DNA from: Marsupella aquatica
Taxonomy: Eukaryota > Plantae > Marchantiophyta
Direction of reading: 5' to 3'
NCBI GenBank assembly: GCA_973895155.1
Contig: OZ316891.1
Coordinates: forward strand, 18,409,987 to 18,473,986
Length of the DNA stretch: 64,000 nucleotides
This document shows, piece by piece, positions 63,613 through 64,000 of the stretch (the first letter of the stretch is position 1; every line of letters starts with the position of its first letter). Below the pieces are notes generated by a model. It did no database searches. It was not told the DNA's origin and saw only the letters and a program-made list of their open reading frames with translations. The position numbers and the translations under genes were made by a program.

Positions 63613-64000
63613 TGTGGTTGAGACTGTTTGCCCTAGAGTAGAGCAACACTTAGTGGAGAAAGACCAGTATCAATTCTGATTGTATGATGACTGTTACAGC
63701 TGTACTCAGCAATATATGAACAGCCTGAATGGAGATACATAACAAAAGAACTAAAACACTAAAAAACATCACACTGACCTTAGAGGCAAGACCTAAAATC
63801 CACCCAAGGTCTTAAAAATGTTGTTGTCCCTTTGAGGGATCTGGCCATAAGAAGGCAAACTTTACATAATGTCTCTCAAGTTTTGTAGTACTGCCTTTCT
63901 AAACCTACAGCCTTAAGAACTCCTTCAACCCTTCAACCTGGGTCGATCTCTGAACTTCGTCATTTTTGATAATTTTGAAGACTGAGTGACTGTATTTTAT

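Overview
This is eukaryotic land-plant genomic DNA (GT-AG introns, plant TE superfamilies). The gene style suggests a bryophyte or other early-diverging lineage, which is inference only. There are three host genes, all on the minus strand: an ABCG11/WBC11-like half transporter running off the left edge, a conserved-looking 76-aa Cys-rich membrane peptide gene, and a 4-exon RNI-type LRR gene. They flank large TE clusters. Elements resolved to the base: a 5.5-kb non-autonomous MULE (10-bp TSD); a complete 10.9-kb CACTA element (ATC TSD); a Gypsy pol fragment; and a three-level nest of Bianca-type Copia > Gypsy > L1 LINE. A second CACTA begins at 53942 and its right end was not found. The most striking observation is that transposons here appear to carry chromatin modules. 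CACTA-1 has a SET-domain exon inside its transposase gene, with in-frame splice sites that allow either a Zn-finger+SET product or a transposase product. An intronless, stand-alone EDM2-type triple-PHD cassette lies downstream of the CACTA-2 left end. Both copies carry single nonsense mutations. All domain calls come from motif recognition by eye; no database searches were run.
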